Assembly: GCA_013239625.1 (NCBI GenBank)
Contig: MU053873.1
Location: forward strand, 1,998,524 to 2,062,523
Source of the DNA: Lama guanicoe
Taxonomy: Eukaryota
Length of the DNA: 64,000 bases
Direction of reading: 5' to 3'
In this document: piece after piece, positions 48,491-61,432 of the stretch
Numbering within the stretch: the first letter of the stretch is position 1
Layout of the letters: every line of letters starts with the position of its first letter
Notes under the pieces: model-generated
What the model was told of the DNA's origin: nothing
The model's input: the letters and a program-made list of their open reading frames with translations, nothing else
Databases searched by the model: none
Made by a program: the position numbers and the translations under genes

Positions 48491-50199
48491 AGATTAACGA
48501 GCTCAAAGGAGACCATTCTTTGGATCAAATATCTTTTGGCAGGTAAAGTAGTATCATTTTACCCATTTCCTGGGAAACATCCCATAAATGTGAACATTAC
48601 TATTGAATATGACTTAGAGCTTAGATGCTACCTCCTCCAAGATGCCTTTCTGATTTTGCTCCGGCAACTTCATGTGCCCCTCCACCAAAGCATTCATGAT
48701 GGATACACCAGAAGACACCAATGTTTGTGGAATGGTAGCCAACGCCCTTTTTGCTGGATGGCAGATGCCATGTGGGTTGGCTGTGTTTCTTATATACTCA
48801 GAGGATACCTGTTGAATGAAGGCTTTAGGGGACAGCCCCCACTGCCCCCATCATCCCACCCCTGACAGGAGTTTGGCTCATGAAACCCTGGAGCATTGGC
48901 TGAGGATGTGTTTAGCTTTGCTATCTGGCTTTTCTTGTAATTTCTCGGATTTAACGTTGGCAGGATACACTTATAAATACTTATACACTTTGGGGGTCCA
49001 CATAGGGATTTATGGATTCCTGGCCCCTTTAGGGTGAAGGAGCCAGAAGGAACTAGGAAAGGGTTGGGAACAAATGACTCCTGGGGCTTGATTCCTTGGT
49101 TGAAAATACAGGATGATGTTTCCCCTGCGAGGGAACGGGGCTGCAGAACATTAAGTCCCCGATGTGATGTCCCAAGCTTGGTTCACTCTCTACCCATCTG
49201 TCTGTCCACCTGCCCATCCACTAGGCAAATACTCCCTGAGCACTGGGCCCAGCACTGAGGACCCAGCCGTGAACACTGCAGACACCATCCCTGACCCCAG
49301 AGAGCTGACTTTCCACCCAGCACCTACCACGTGCTGGGAATGGCCTGACATGGGTTTCGTGCCTGTTATCACCCACGGTTGGTTTTATTGCCCCACTTTC
49401 CAAATACTGTCATGAGAGGTTCCGAGAGGTGAAATCAATTGGCCGAGCTCGCTGGCTGATTGCATTGGAATTTGGACCTGGCTTGTTGGATTCTCCTGCC
49501 TCCCACCTTTCGTAGAAGGGACAAACCAAGTTGGAGGTTGTCATTCTTCACCCTCTGTGGTGACCTGATTCCTGACCTGGGCATCCTTGAGAACAGGACC
49601 TGTGTCTCCTCCATCCTGGTTCCCTGTAGATCTCACATATTGCCAGCTGGTAGCAAGGGCACTACATAAGGCTGTCAGACAGAACCCATTCCAGTGTCTA
49701 CCTCTTTTTGCGCACTGGTTAACCCACCTTTTCCAGGAAGTCTGCCCTGATTGTCCCAATCACAGAACCACACCTTCTTCGCTCTGACCCCAAATTGCCC
49801 AGATGCTTTGTAGCAACATCTGTATTACCATCCTTTTCTCCTCCTTCCCTTCCCTTCTCCTCCAACTGGCAAATATTAATTAAGCATCTCCTGGGGTAAA
49901 ATGTACAGTGGTTAAGGGTATAATCTCTGGATTAAGAATGCCTGGGCTAGAGCCCCGGCTCTGCCACTAGGTATGTATCCCTGGACAAGTCTCTTTCCTG
50001 CCCTGAGCTTCACTTGCTCCATCTCTAATGTCAGAGGGTTATGCTGAGGATTCAGTAAGATAGAATTTAGAAGTTTCTTCCATTTCAACTATTAAAAAAC
50101 CCCAAACCCTCTCCGAACTCCTTCTGGCTCTTTCCCCATAAAGAGGTGAATCTGGGAGACTTTGAAGCCAGGAAGAAACTTGCTCTCCCTAGTAGGGCT

Positions 50200-50930
50200 C
50201 CTGATGACTTACTCAGAGCAGGTGAAGAGCTGAAAACAGTGCCTCTGATTTTATTTATTTATCAGAGGAACTTTACAAGGATGTCGATCACGTATTTATT
50301 GCTGAGAAGGCGTGAAGGCACATGAAGAGATAATTTCATGAGGTGTGTGTCTGAGCCCTCTCTCCTGATTCCAGGCTCCTCCCCTTGGAAGTCCATGACA
50401 TTCTTGGGCCACAAACCTCAGGTTCCTAAGAAGTTTTGTTGGATAATTCTTGTTAACTGGCCTCGGCTCCTTAGTATTCCTGCCAGGCCCATTCATTAGG
50501 CACTTGTATCAATAATTCACATACTTCTTTCAGGGAGTTTTTTGTTTTTTTAATGGTGGTTGAGAATTTGTTCTCATTAAAGCCCTGGGAAACACAAGCT
50601 TCGAGGCTGGCGTACTCAGCTTACGCAAAACACCATGAGCGCTGAAATTTGCTTCTTTTTGATTTAGTCTCTTGCTAGCTTGAAGAACTGGATTTTATAA
50701 CAGGTCAATTTCAGACCATTTGATATTGATATATGAAGATCCTTAGGGATTATTGAATGCATTTTTCATCCAGCTGCGATAGTATCATATAAGGAAAATG
50801 GGATTGACTGTTAAGTACAAATTGAAAAAGACATGGTCATTTAAGATAACTCCTTATCTGTATACAAGGAAATAGTATCAGGGAAATAGACCACCAGTTG
50901 ACAGAAATAAATTTCACCTTAGGTTCCTCC
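50200..50930. promoter_or_regulatory. AT-rich candidate conserved non-coding block
   Basis: ~700 bp unique AT-rich sequence in a GC-rich context; no repeat recognised. Confidence 0.4.
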
Positions 50931-51959
50931 TCCACATGCCTCCTTCACTGCTGTTCACACTCGTCCAGGATTATTCAATTATTCTGAGAGCCCTTTCACG
51001 GGGCCCCTGTTAGAGGATGCATTGCAGGGAGAAGAGAATTCTCTGCTGCTTTATTCTGGAAGGAAGGGTTGGATAGGAATTGCAGGGACCATTCCTAGAG
51101 CAAACTTCGGGAAGTTTGGAACAGGACAGCTTCAGCCTGAAATGTGGTAGGTCTCCCCAGGACAGCCCCTGACAGCTTGCTAAGAGCAGGAGAAGAGCTG
51201 AGAACAATGATTTCCATGCCTTTCTTTTCACGTGATATCCAGCCTTGGAAGATTTCCTGAATTTGACACAGAGTGGGTTTGAAAGTTGCTTGGAATATTC
51301 CCCAGATTCACAAATACTCCCTTTACTGTGGAGGGGCAGCTGGGAACTTGTGTCTGGTCCTCTGGAGGTCAGTGCATGGACCTATTTCTTCTCCTGCTGG
51401 CCCGCCTCTCTGATTCCTGGGGTGGACGGTAAAGGAAGATGGCTGCTGCTTCTCTTTGTGGCATGGAGCTGTCTCCCCTGCAGGGAGGCCAGCTGGGAGA
51501 TGCTTGCTGTGCTGGGACCCTCCCGGCCTTTGCAGTCCTGAGAAGGACAAGTCTTGGGGCAGGCATCCGCCTTGCCCTCCGGTGAGCAGGGGCCGTGCCC
51601 TGGCCTGACTCCCCTCCCCCCCACGGGGGAGTCAACACTAGAAATTCCCCAATTCCACTGAAGAAAGGGCTTTCTGAGCCCTAAAGAAAGCCAGGTGATC
51701 TTCTACCTAGACGTGAGGCGCCCCTAAGTCTCCCTGAGGACCTACCATGTGTCAGACGAGCCACTTCCAGGAGGCTCTGAGAATGGTGTGTTGAAAATTG
51801 GACCAGACCCTTTATAGGCATGACTTTATTGGGACTGGCAGCTAGCCAAGCTTCACCACCCCCATGATACAGCTGAGGAAACTGAGGCTCAAAGACAGAA
51901 ACACACAGCTATGTTAGTGGAGGAATAAGAATTTAAATCTGGGTTTGTTTGACTCCAAA

Positions 51960-52102
51960 AGAATCCATCCATCCATCCATCCCTTATCAACTCATTCATT
52001 TATCCATCCATCTGTCCTCCCTTCCTTCCTCCCTTCTTCCGTCCCTCCCTCTCTTCTTTCCATGCATGCATCCATCCATCCATCCATCCATGCATCCATC
52101 AT
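51960..52102. repeat. (CCAT)n / (CCTT)n simple repeats
   Basis: atccatccatccatccatc..ccttccttcctccc..catccatccatccatccatcc. Confidence 0.9.
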
Positions 52103-52739
52103 TAATCAAGCACGTGCCAGGCAATAACCATCCTTAATCACTATGAGTTATGTCCTAGGGATCAGAAGGGACCCCAGGGATGTTTCCAGGCTTACAGCAT
52201 CCAGGGGTCTGACCATCAGTCACCATGACTGGACACTTGGGCCATTCTGGAGGCCCTAGTCTAAGCTTGCCAGCAGGAGACAGGAGTCTCCAGGCTGTGG
52301 GGTGTCTCCCACCCGGCATGGGGACCAAGCTTGGGCAGCAGAGGCTCCACTTGGAATACGGGGTGTGTGGGGAGTGGGGTGAGGGGAGGCTGGCAGAAGG
52401 AGTTTACTCCCCCCCCAATCCTGGAAACCCACAGGCAAACTCTTCACCAGCCTCTAATTCCCTTCTACCTGTCACTACGCTTGGGGCACAGAGGCAATTC
52501 TTCCTGCGGCTCGTGAATCACAGCACTCTGTTACTCATAAAATGCAGCCTCTCGCGGAGATGGGGCCCCAGAGCTGGGGCCAGTGGGGCCGGTCATCAGA
52601 GGGGCCGGTCTGTGCCGTGCAGGCCATGTCGAGGACGGGTGGGCCAGGACCCCAATCAACAGGGGCGTCTATACATCCACCCAACACACATCTTGGGCTG
52701 CAGAATATTCTATGTGTAAAGTGGGCTCCGTGGCTTTTA

Positions 52740-53560
52740 TTTTTTTCATGAAACTTTTTTTTGGAGATCATTGGAGAGTCACATGTAGTTGTATGAAATA
52801 ATACAGAGAGACCCCACGTCCCCTATCCCCAAGTTTCCCCCAAGGGCGACATCCTGCAAAGCAGCTGGTGCAACATCTCAGCCGGATCCTGATACTGACA
52901 GAGTCAGGATACAGGGCACTTGCATCACCGCAAGGACCCTTCATGTCCCCCCTTCATAGCCACGCCCCCTTCCCTCCCACCTCCACCTCCTCCTAGCCCC
53001 TGGCAACCACTCATCTATTCTCCATTTCTATCATTTTATCAGCTTAACCGCAGTTTCTAAAAGAAATCAGACAGGATGTCACTTTGGGGGATTTGTTCTT
53101 TTGACTCAGCAGAATCCTCGAGAGAGTCATCCAGGCTGTGCGTCTCCGTCCTTCCCCCTTTACCTGGCTGGGTTGTATTCCACGGTGTGGATGTGCTGCC
53201 GTTTGTTGGTTCATTCACCTGTGGAAGGAGAGCTGGGCTGTTTTTAGTTTGGAGCTATGAGGAATGAAGCTGCTGTAGGCATTCAAGTGTTTGTGAGAAC
53301 AAGAGTCTTCATTTCTCTGGGATCCATGCCCAGGGGAGCAACTGCTGGATTTTATGGTAAAGTCTTTACTTTTGGAAGAAACTGCCCATCTGTTTTCCCT
53401 GTTTTACTTTCCCATTGGCCATGGATGAGTGGCCCAGTCTCTCCTCTTCCTCACCAGCATTTGGTGATGTCGCTATTTTTTATTTTAGCCATTCTGATCG
53501 GTGAGTGGTAAAATCTGATTGTGGTTTGAATTTGCCTGTTTTTTCTAGTGGCTAACAATC
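52740..53560 (-). mobile_element. L1MC1-like 3' end
   Basis: agtcacatgtagttgtatgaaataatacagagagacc..cccctggcaaccactcatctattctccatttctatcatttt..tttattttagccattctgatcggtgagtggtaaaatctgattgtggttt. Confidence 0.85.
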
Positions 53561-53663
53561 CCTTGCTCTGAGGTTTTAAAAAAAAGTGTTTTGAGCCACT
53601 ATTGGGTCTCAGTGGCCCATTTCACAGATGAGAAAAACTGAGGCCCAGGGATTGAAAACAGAC

Positions 53664-53706
53664 TTGCCCAGCTGCATTGCCCAGCTGCATTACCCAGCTG
53701 CAGCTG
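53664..53706. repeat. 3 x 13-bp tandem repeat with four CAGCTG E-boxes
   Basis: ttgcccagctgca ttgcccagctgca ttacccagctgca gctg. Confidence 0.85.
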
Positions 53707-54359
53707 GACCCCTCAGGCTTCATCCAAACTCCTGGTCACAGCCTCTTAAAGAAGCTCCTTAAGAGAATGCTTACTTTTACTCAGAGGTGCAGAAGGATCT
53801 ATTTTGTTATTCTAACTGATGCATGTGTGCTTTGGGTGATATGTCCTGTCACTCTGTATTTTTGCCTGTTTGGCAAGTTGACTTTGAGGGACGAGTTGTC
53901 ACAGCAGAACTTTGTTAAGTGGCCACCGGACCACTGCACACGACACACCGTTTTTACACACCAGGAGCCCTTCTAAGCTGCCCGGAGTACGATGGTGGGG
54001 GTAGGAGGGTCTGGTCAGCAAAGGGGCTGCTGGACACTGACTCCCCAGAGGGACGGGGGACTAAGGCCAAGTCACTAATCTTCACCCTGAGAGAGAAGGG
54101 TGGCCACCAGTGAGATCGGAGGTGAGAGCTGGCCAGACGGAGCCCCAGGGCAGCGCCGAAGCCCCCAGCGGTGCCCTCCTCCCTCTGTCCGGCACCCCCG
54201 CCCTCTGTTCCCCACCTCAGAACCATCCGCCGTCTTCTCCCCTCCTTGGCCTCCCAGTTCTCTGGCATGTCTTATTTTATCTGATTTTATTTTTGGAGAA
54301 AGCAAGAGCTTGGGGACCCAGGAAGGGGCGGGAGACACAGCATCTGCGAAGGAAGGGTG

Positions 54360-54830
54360 GCTGGATGGTAATAAATGCTATTCAAAAAAAAGAAGAAGAA
54401 GAAGAAGAAGAGAGGAAAAAAAAGGCCCACCCCACAATCTCTGAAAAACACAGCCCATTGAAATGACAAGCCGAAACTCATTTGCTAAGCGCCGAAAGCG
54501 GTCCCTTTGTCACCCAAATCCTTCTGTTGACAGTTACCGTTCAATCCCACAATCGTGCAGAAAGGGCTGATTTTTATTCAATGTTCTATTCACCCTGCGT
54601 ATTAATGAAAAGAGGGAAGGAAAAAAAAACTTGTAAGAATGGTGTTTATAGGGCTGATGGACAAGCTGTCTGGGTTCTCCGGCCGAGCCCCGCTTATCAG
54701 CGGCTCACAGTGGGGCTGACGCGGGCGCCCTGTCCCGGCTCAGCTTGGCACGCCCGCCCCGTCCCCTGGCCTCTGCAACAGAAGCCCTGTTGTGGACGGA
54801 TTGATTTTTATTATTATATTTAAAAAAGGG
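54360..54830. promoter_or_regulatory. Candidate conserved enhancer
   Basis: Unique block after a (GAA)n run; CCTTTGT, TTGACAG, ATTAAT, GTTTAT, CTTATC, GATTGATT; CpG-rich 3' half. Confidence 0.5.
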
Positions 54831-55405
54831 GGCTTGATGATCTTTTCTCCTGCCCAGGGAGGAGCAGACAGACCAGGTCATGCCTTGACCCCATGATCCG
54901 GACAGGCACCAAGGCGTTAATTGAGCATCTGGTGTGTGCTGAGGGCCGTACCGGGCGCTGGGACCTGGCACAGACATGGCTGAGAACGTTCCCATGCGGG
55001 GAGCTTCCAAGTGGGACTAGGATCAGCAAACCGGGGGTTTTGCCCCAGCTGGGCCAGGTGTCAGAAATAGACAGGGTGGCCCCCACGGACTCCGGGGAGA
55101 CCTGAATCGTTTTTTCCAGGTGCTCCCGAGGCAGAGGGGTCTGAGAACCATCCAGCTCCATCTTCACACCGATGGGCTGTGTTTGGGCATCGTTGTGACA
55201 AAGGACGCTCCCCAGTCAGTTCTGTTCAGAGGCTGCGTTGGATGCTGACGCTGTGCTAAAGGTGGGGCCCTGAGCTGGGTTCGAGTGCTGCTCCTCCATG
55301 CACTGTCCGGGGGCTTTGGGCAAGTCCATTCGCCTGTCCGAGGTGCTGTCTCCTAGACTGTCATTTGGGGATGGTGACATCATTGTAGTGGAGTTGCCGG
55401 GAGGC

Positions 55406-55787
55406 TGTTACAGATTAAATGTTCATTCCCCCCCTCCCACATTCATATGTTGAAGCCCTGAGCTCCGATGGGGTGGTATTTAAGGCCATTGAGAGGTGAT
55501 TAGGCCATGAGGGTGGGGCTGTGGTCTGATGAGATTACTGTCCTTAAAAGAAGAGACCCCGGGAAGCACTGTTTTCCCCACCCCAGCCCCCCACGCCTTC
55601 CTCCACCGCATGAGGACACAGTGAGAAGGCGGCCGTCTGCAAGCCAGGAAGAGAGCCCTCACCAGAGCCCGACCATGCTGGTGCCCTGAGCTCAGACCTC
55701 CAGCCTCCAGAGCTGTGAGAAAACAAACTCCTGTTGTTTAAACCACCTGGTCTGTGGTATTTTGTTAAGGCAGCCTGAGCTAAGACA
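55406..55787 (+). mobile_element. MLT1A0-like MaLR solo LTR
   Basis: tgttacagattaaatg..attcatatgttgaagccct..gaggacacagtgagaaggcggccgtctgcaagccaggaagagagccctcaccaga..gcagcctgagctaagaca; GGAGG on both flanks (left copy offset by 1). Confidence 0.9.
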
Positions 55788-56179
55788 GGAGGAAGTGAGG
55801 TTCTGCAAACAATGTCCCCGGCCTGTCCCACACCCCAATCCTCCCTCCCTCTCTTCTTTCCCTGTTTTTGTTCATCAATTCGAGATTCCAAGAGGGGTGC
55901 TGTGCTGGAGCTGGGCAGAGAGCACCAGGCTCAGGGAGGCAGAGAGGAGTGTGATGGACAGGATACATCTGTGATTGGCAGGGTGGTGAGCTCCCCACCA
56001 CCGCAGAGCTGTAAGCAGAAGCTGGATTACAACTTGGCAAGGATGTTCTGGTGATGTCAGGGGGACCATATGGGTTTCAGGGACCTGTACCTGCCAGGCT
56101 ACCTGCCCGCACTGAAAACAGGTATGCACTAGTCAGGCCTGTTTTGTCCTCTATGTGCCCCACCCAGCACTCAGGACTC

Positions 56180-56830
56180 ACACCCACTCCTGAAATCCTC
56201 TCCTTCCCTCCACCCCACACCTGGTCCTTCGGTGAGTCCCAACGACTGCCTTTAAAACATCCCAAGCCCACCAGGCCTCACCTCCTCCATCACTCCTCTT
56301 ATCTGGCACCTGCTGTGGCAGGGTCACAGGGCTCCCTGCTTCTCCCCTGGGCCCCTTCAGTTTTTCCTCTTCACAGAGCAGAAGGCAGCCTTGCACTCAT
56401 TTTTCTGATCTCCCTGGTCTGCTGTGAACTTCCCAGTGGCGCTCTGAACACCATGGCGCTCCCATCATAACCCAGCCCTGTTTATAGCATCTCCTGCCTG
56501 GTCTCAAACCGTTTGCTCCATTCCACCATCCCAGAATTCTTGATGTTTCCAAACATGACAACTCTGTTCCATTTGGATGGGCTGTTCCCTCTGCCTGGGG
56601 CACCCACGTCCCCATCCCCACAGGGCTGCGCTTCCATGCAGGCTCCTGCCGAATCCCCACCACTCTGAGGTCTTCTCTGAGGCTGCCCGCGCCCCCATCA
56701 CCGTCTAGCTCCTTCTCCAGCTGTGCTTTTCTCCTCGGCACGTGTCTCCACTTCACACTATATCATGTATTTGTTCAATTAATCATCGTTTGCCTCCCAC
56801 ACTGGCCCTGAGAGAAGAGACTGTGTCCAC
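56180..56830 (+). mobile_element. L2 fragment
   Basis: tgtttccaaacatgaca..gctgttccctctgcctgggg..ctctgaggtcttctctga..tcgtttgcctcccac. Confidence 0.65.
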
Positions 56831-57029
56831 CTGGCTTTCATGGTGTCCCCAGGTGGACTCACAGGTGGCCTCCCTGACTGTAGTGTGGCCGTCCCTGGAC
56901 CTCATCCCAAGACTCGTGTCCGCAGACTTCCTGATTCAGAACCACAGGGTCATCACATCCTTTCCCCTTCTTTTCTGAAAACCAGAATGTGCTGGGCAGT
57001 GATGACAAGTAACAGCCACTGCTCATCCT

Positions 57030-57290
57030 GATCCTTCATTCAGTCACTCAACAAACACTTATTGTTATGTGCCAGACCATGTACAAATGTTTGAGACTCA
57101 GTTATGGGCATGGAGCTGACATTTCTAGTGGGGAGATGGAGGTAAGGAAAACTAAATTAATTTGAATGATGCTGTCAGGGACTATGAAGAAATACAGAGC
57201 AGGGGAAGAAGTTGGAGGTGATGCCATTGTCAAGGGGGCAGTCAGGGAGGACTTCCTGGAGGAGGCAACAGTAGGAAGGCCTGAATGAAA
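57030..57290 (-). mobile_element. L2 3' fragment
   Basis: ttcattcagtcactcaacaaacacttattg..catggagctgacatttctagtgggg..gtcagggaggacttcctggaggagg. Confidence 0.8.
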
Positions 57291-58714
57291 AGCTGGGCTT
57301 TTATCCATCCTCTTAAATCAGCCCTTCCTGGTTGATACACAAGGAGGTGCCCGCCCCCAGCATCCTTCGGTTGGAGCAATCATCCAGACAGTCATTTGTG
57401 TTTCGGGTTCTTCACGGCGCCCTCCCCTCCCCGCCACTGTGATAGCTGACGTCGCAGATTTTAATATATTCACATTGGCAGAGCTATTTGCATTCAGATG
57501 CAACTATGAGGCAGGACACAGGCTCCTCAAAGCAGCCCCCAGGGATGGGGGGAGGATTTGCTACACTCTCAGGGGGTAGGGGGCTTTGGGCAGAGGGGTC
57601 CAGGCTGCGCTGAGCTCTGTCCACCTGCTTTCCAGAGAAAATGTCTCAATTGGTACAGCACCCCTCCTCCTACCCCGAGCTTATTTTGTTTATTCGGGGT
57701 AGGGGTGGTGGCGGTGCTGGTTGAAATGGGGTAAGGGCGATGTTCTCCCAATTCTTACTATGTGTCAGGCACTGTGCTTGGCTCTTGGGAGTTTACACCT
57801 GCTGGGCCAGGTGTGGGCTGGGCTGGGGCACCCAGAGGGGTGTCATATAGAGGCTGGGGGGGATCTGGTCGAGGGCTGGGGAGAAGCCACTGATTCAGGG
57901 TGGATGAGATTCACCCTCCCCAACATGGCTCCTGTTCCAAAAACACTGAAGGAAGAAGGGTACATTCAAAGGGAGGAGGCTGACCCCGGGGCACAGCACT
58001 TTACAGTTTATAAAGCCCTTCCCTCGCTGGTCAAAACAATCCAGTGACATTAGCCAAGAAGGCATAGTTCTCTCCAGCCAGAGATGAAGGCAGTGAGGAG
58101 GAGGCTCAGAGAGGGCCGATGCGTTGCTCAGGGACCCACAGTAAGATGCCTGGGGCCAAATTCACTGCAGCCTCCTAGCAAAGCTTTTTCTCCTAGGGGA
58201 TCCTGGGCGAGGCAAGACCAAGTGCTGGGGTGTGTGACAAACAAGTTTCTGATCCTGGTTCTGTCCCTGGGCAGTCTATGTAACCTTGGGCAACTCACCT
58301 TCTCTTGCCTCAATTTCCTCATCTATGAAATGGGCGTGTTTGTTAAGGGTTTAAATGCAACGTGTGTTTCTGCCAAGGGCAGCCTCCACGCTGGCCTCCC
58401 TGCCTCCTCCTGCCCTCTCCAAATCCTTCCTCCAGAGTGAGCTTTCCAAACAGCAAACCTGGCTATCCTTTCAGTGTGTGAAACCTTCCAGTGGTCCCTT
58501 ACTGTCTTCAGGACAAGGAGAGTTTCCATAGCACAGCTGATCAGTGCTCACCCCAGTGAGCCTGCCTCCCTCTGCTGCCTCACCCCTGCCCTCCCCAGCC
58601 ACCATCTGGGCCACGCCAGGCCTTCTGTCACCCCAGAGAGTGAGCAAAGCCTTTGCACTTGTAATCCTTTCCAGCCGGGACTCTTACTTTTTGACAGCCT
58701 GGTCAGCCTCCCCC

Positions 58715-59305
58715 TTTATAAAAATTCCAGTTTTGAATTAGCATCACATTCCAATGGATCAGAATTCATCAAGGGACAGAAAGGCATGCACTGAAAATCT
58801 CCCTCCCACTGCTGTCCTCCAGCCTCCAAGGCCCCTCCTCCCAGGCAAACCCTGTGTTCAATTCGCATGAGTCCTTTCAGAGATCTTTTATGCAAATGGA
58901 AGCAAATCCTTTAAAAGATTATCCACCTGCTGCCTTTCCACAAATTACTAATTCTACCCTACTCAATGTGCCTTTCTTCAGTCTCCAATAACTTGGAGAT
59001 CTTCCATGTTAGTAAATAAAGAACATGCTCATTCATTTTACATAGCTGCATAGTATTTCACAGTGTGACTGCACCATCATTTACGTATCTGGTCCCCTAT
59101 TGGTGGACATCTAGGTTGTTCCCACTATTTTGCCATAACTTACATGCTTTATTGAATAACCTTATACATTTATTTGTGTACTGGGGAGAAACACTACAGT
59201 GTAAATTGCTAGACCTGGAAGTATTAATTTATTATGTTGATAGATTTTAGCTAATTATCCCCAATAGAGGATACCAATGGACACCCTCCCCAGCAGCATA
59301 TGAGG
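58715..59305 (-). mobile_element. Ancient L1M (L1ME-like) 3' fragment
   Basis: ctcattcattttacatagctgcatagtatttc..gtcccctattggtggacatctaggttgttccc..tacaccctccccagcagcatatgag. Confidence 0.75.
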
Positions 59306-59744
59306 CTGACCTGACTGACCCATCATCATTTTGAAGACTATGAACAGTTGCCACTTCCTCCAGGAAGCCTTCCCAGACTTTCCAGCTGGCTCAGTAGCCT
59401 TATCTGGGCCCCAGCCTCAGCACTGAGTGTGTGACACCTGTATTGCAATGGTCTATTTCCTTTTCTGTCCCCATCATAATATTGACAGCTCCCTGAGACC
59501 CAAGACCAATCCTTGCTTCTCAAGGAGTCTTCAGGCCTACTCAGGCCTCAGCATAGGGCTCAGGGCTGAGTAAACACCAGTTCCCTTTCTGCAGGCCCCA
59601 GGGGCTGGCGTCCCCAGAGGGGGCGGCCTCTGCCTACCCCTCGCCCCTGGTGCAGGGCTTCAGCCTCTGCCCCTGACACCTGCAGGCCACCCCGGGTGCT
59701 GGCCTGGAGCCCCTTCCCCCAGCCACCAGGGCCTCCGCCCTCTC

Positions 59745-59885
59745 CCTTGAACAAATAATAATTGTTAGAAAAAGGCCAGTGGATAAATTATTATTGTGAC
59801 CCTCATTCCAGTGCAAAAAACTTTTGCTAGCTGCCAAGTGAAAAGTCAAAATTTGCATTTAAATAGAAAACGTTAGGCCAGCTGA
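59745..59885. promoter_or_regulatory. Short AT-rich candidate enhancer (SOX, TEAD, POU motifs)
   Basis: ATTGTT, CATTCC 59804-59809, ATTTGCAT 59851-59858; 10-bp inverted repeat. Confidence 0.45.
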
Positions 59886-61242
59886 ACAGGGAGGCCATTG
59901 CCCCCAGGGGCCCCTCCTGGGTGGGGAGTGGCAGTGGGTGCCCCCCAGCCCCCCTCACCATTCCGCCCCCAGAAGCCCAGCTAGCAGCAGGGGAGAGCTT
60001 CAGGGCCTCAGCCGAACTGATTTTTTCTGTGGTTCTTGGCCCCTTGGGGCATAAATCTCCAGTCCCTACCATGGTTCTGCAAAGGCCCTGTGGTCCAGCC
60101 AGACAGACCTCTTAGATGCCCGCCATTCACCCCACCTTGAACTTCTCCCTTCCCCTGCCCCACAGTGAGCGATAATCATTAACATTAGGGATATGGAGAA
60201 ACTTCCTGGATCATGTCAAACAGAATGTTTAGAGCAAGGTTTTAGAGCTAGACAGACAGGACTCAGGGCTCAGCTACTCACTAAGGTGCTTAGCCTCTCT
60301 GAGCCTCAGTTTCCTTATTTGTAAATGACAAAAAATAATGACTAGGTGCTATTATTTAACCAATATAATTTAGTGTAATTAAAAAATTTAGTTGCTTCTG
60401 TTAATGTAATTCATCTTGCTGGAATTCCACTCTGCCGTCCGTGACAAGTACCTGGATACCTCTCATGACCTGTGCCTGCCCTCCAGGGGCGTCCAGTCAA
60501 ATTCAGGGAGACAGAGAATTAGCCAGACTGACTTCCCTCATCACGGAAGGTGACAAGCCTCTGAAGGAGATTGCTGGTGCTAAGTTGGGAACAGATTTCT
60601 AAGCTGAAGAAAAGGGTGGGTGAGGCTACAAGAGGAGAGAGATGCTGGTAGTCCAAGGAATGATCTGGATCCCAGAGGGGCTGGACAGACGGCAGGAGGG
60701 AGGCGGGAGGAGGGCAGAGCCGAGTCAGGAAGGCCTGTGGGACTTCGTCTCAGGAGGATGAGACTGGATCCCAGGAGCCTTGGTCTGGGGCACCCTATGC
60801 TGGGAGGGGAGCCGGGAGCTCTGGAGGTTGAAGTCCCCTCTGTGGGCAAGGAGAAGTGTCCCCCTCCCAGGGATGGGCCGGACCTTGTGAGTGACACGCA
60901 AACGAGCTAAGTCCCACGGAAAGGTTAACGAGGTCCCCGCTGTCCCTCACTAAAGTCGCCTCACACGTTTACAACGTACCAGTCAAACCAATTAGCTGTG
61001 GAAGTGTTGTAGGGCCTGCATTTTATTGGATTCTGGTCAAGTCGGAATTGGTTAAATAATGTCTGCTAAGAAACATAAAAGAGCTGCCCAAGGGGTGGGA
61101 CGAGCAGCTCTGGGTGGTCCCAAGAGGCCTGCCATACAGAGAGGGACAGGGCGCTGGACTCGGGGGCTGTGAAAGGCTTGGCTGAGCTTCTGCAAGGAGG
61201 ACTCTGCCCAGAACGGGGGCTGCCTCGTGATCTTTTAGCCCC

Positions 61243-61421
61243 CGGTGGTCTCCCCACTACCTGACCATTAGAATCACCCTGGGAACTTAAAAAAAAATAC
61301 AGCCCTGATGCCCAGGGTGCACCCCAGATCAGCAGCACCCCTTGGAGGAGGGAAGCAAGGCATCGCCCCATTTCCAAGTCCCCCAGATATTCTGAGGTGC
61401 AGCCAGAGTGGAGAACAGACC
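61243..61421. mobile_element. MER5A-like hAT MITE
   Basis: cggtggtctc..attagaatcaccctgggaactt..gatgcccagg..ccccagatattctgaggtgcagccagagtggagaac. Confidence 0.75.
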
Positions 61422-61432
61422 TTGCCCTATTC

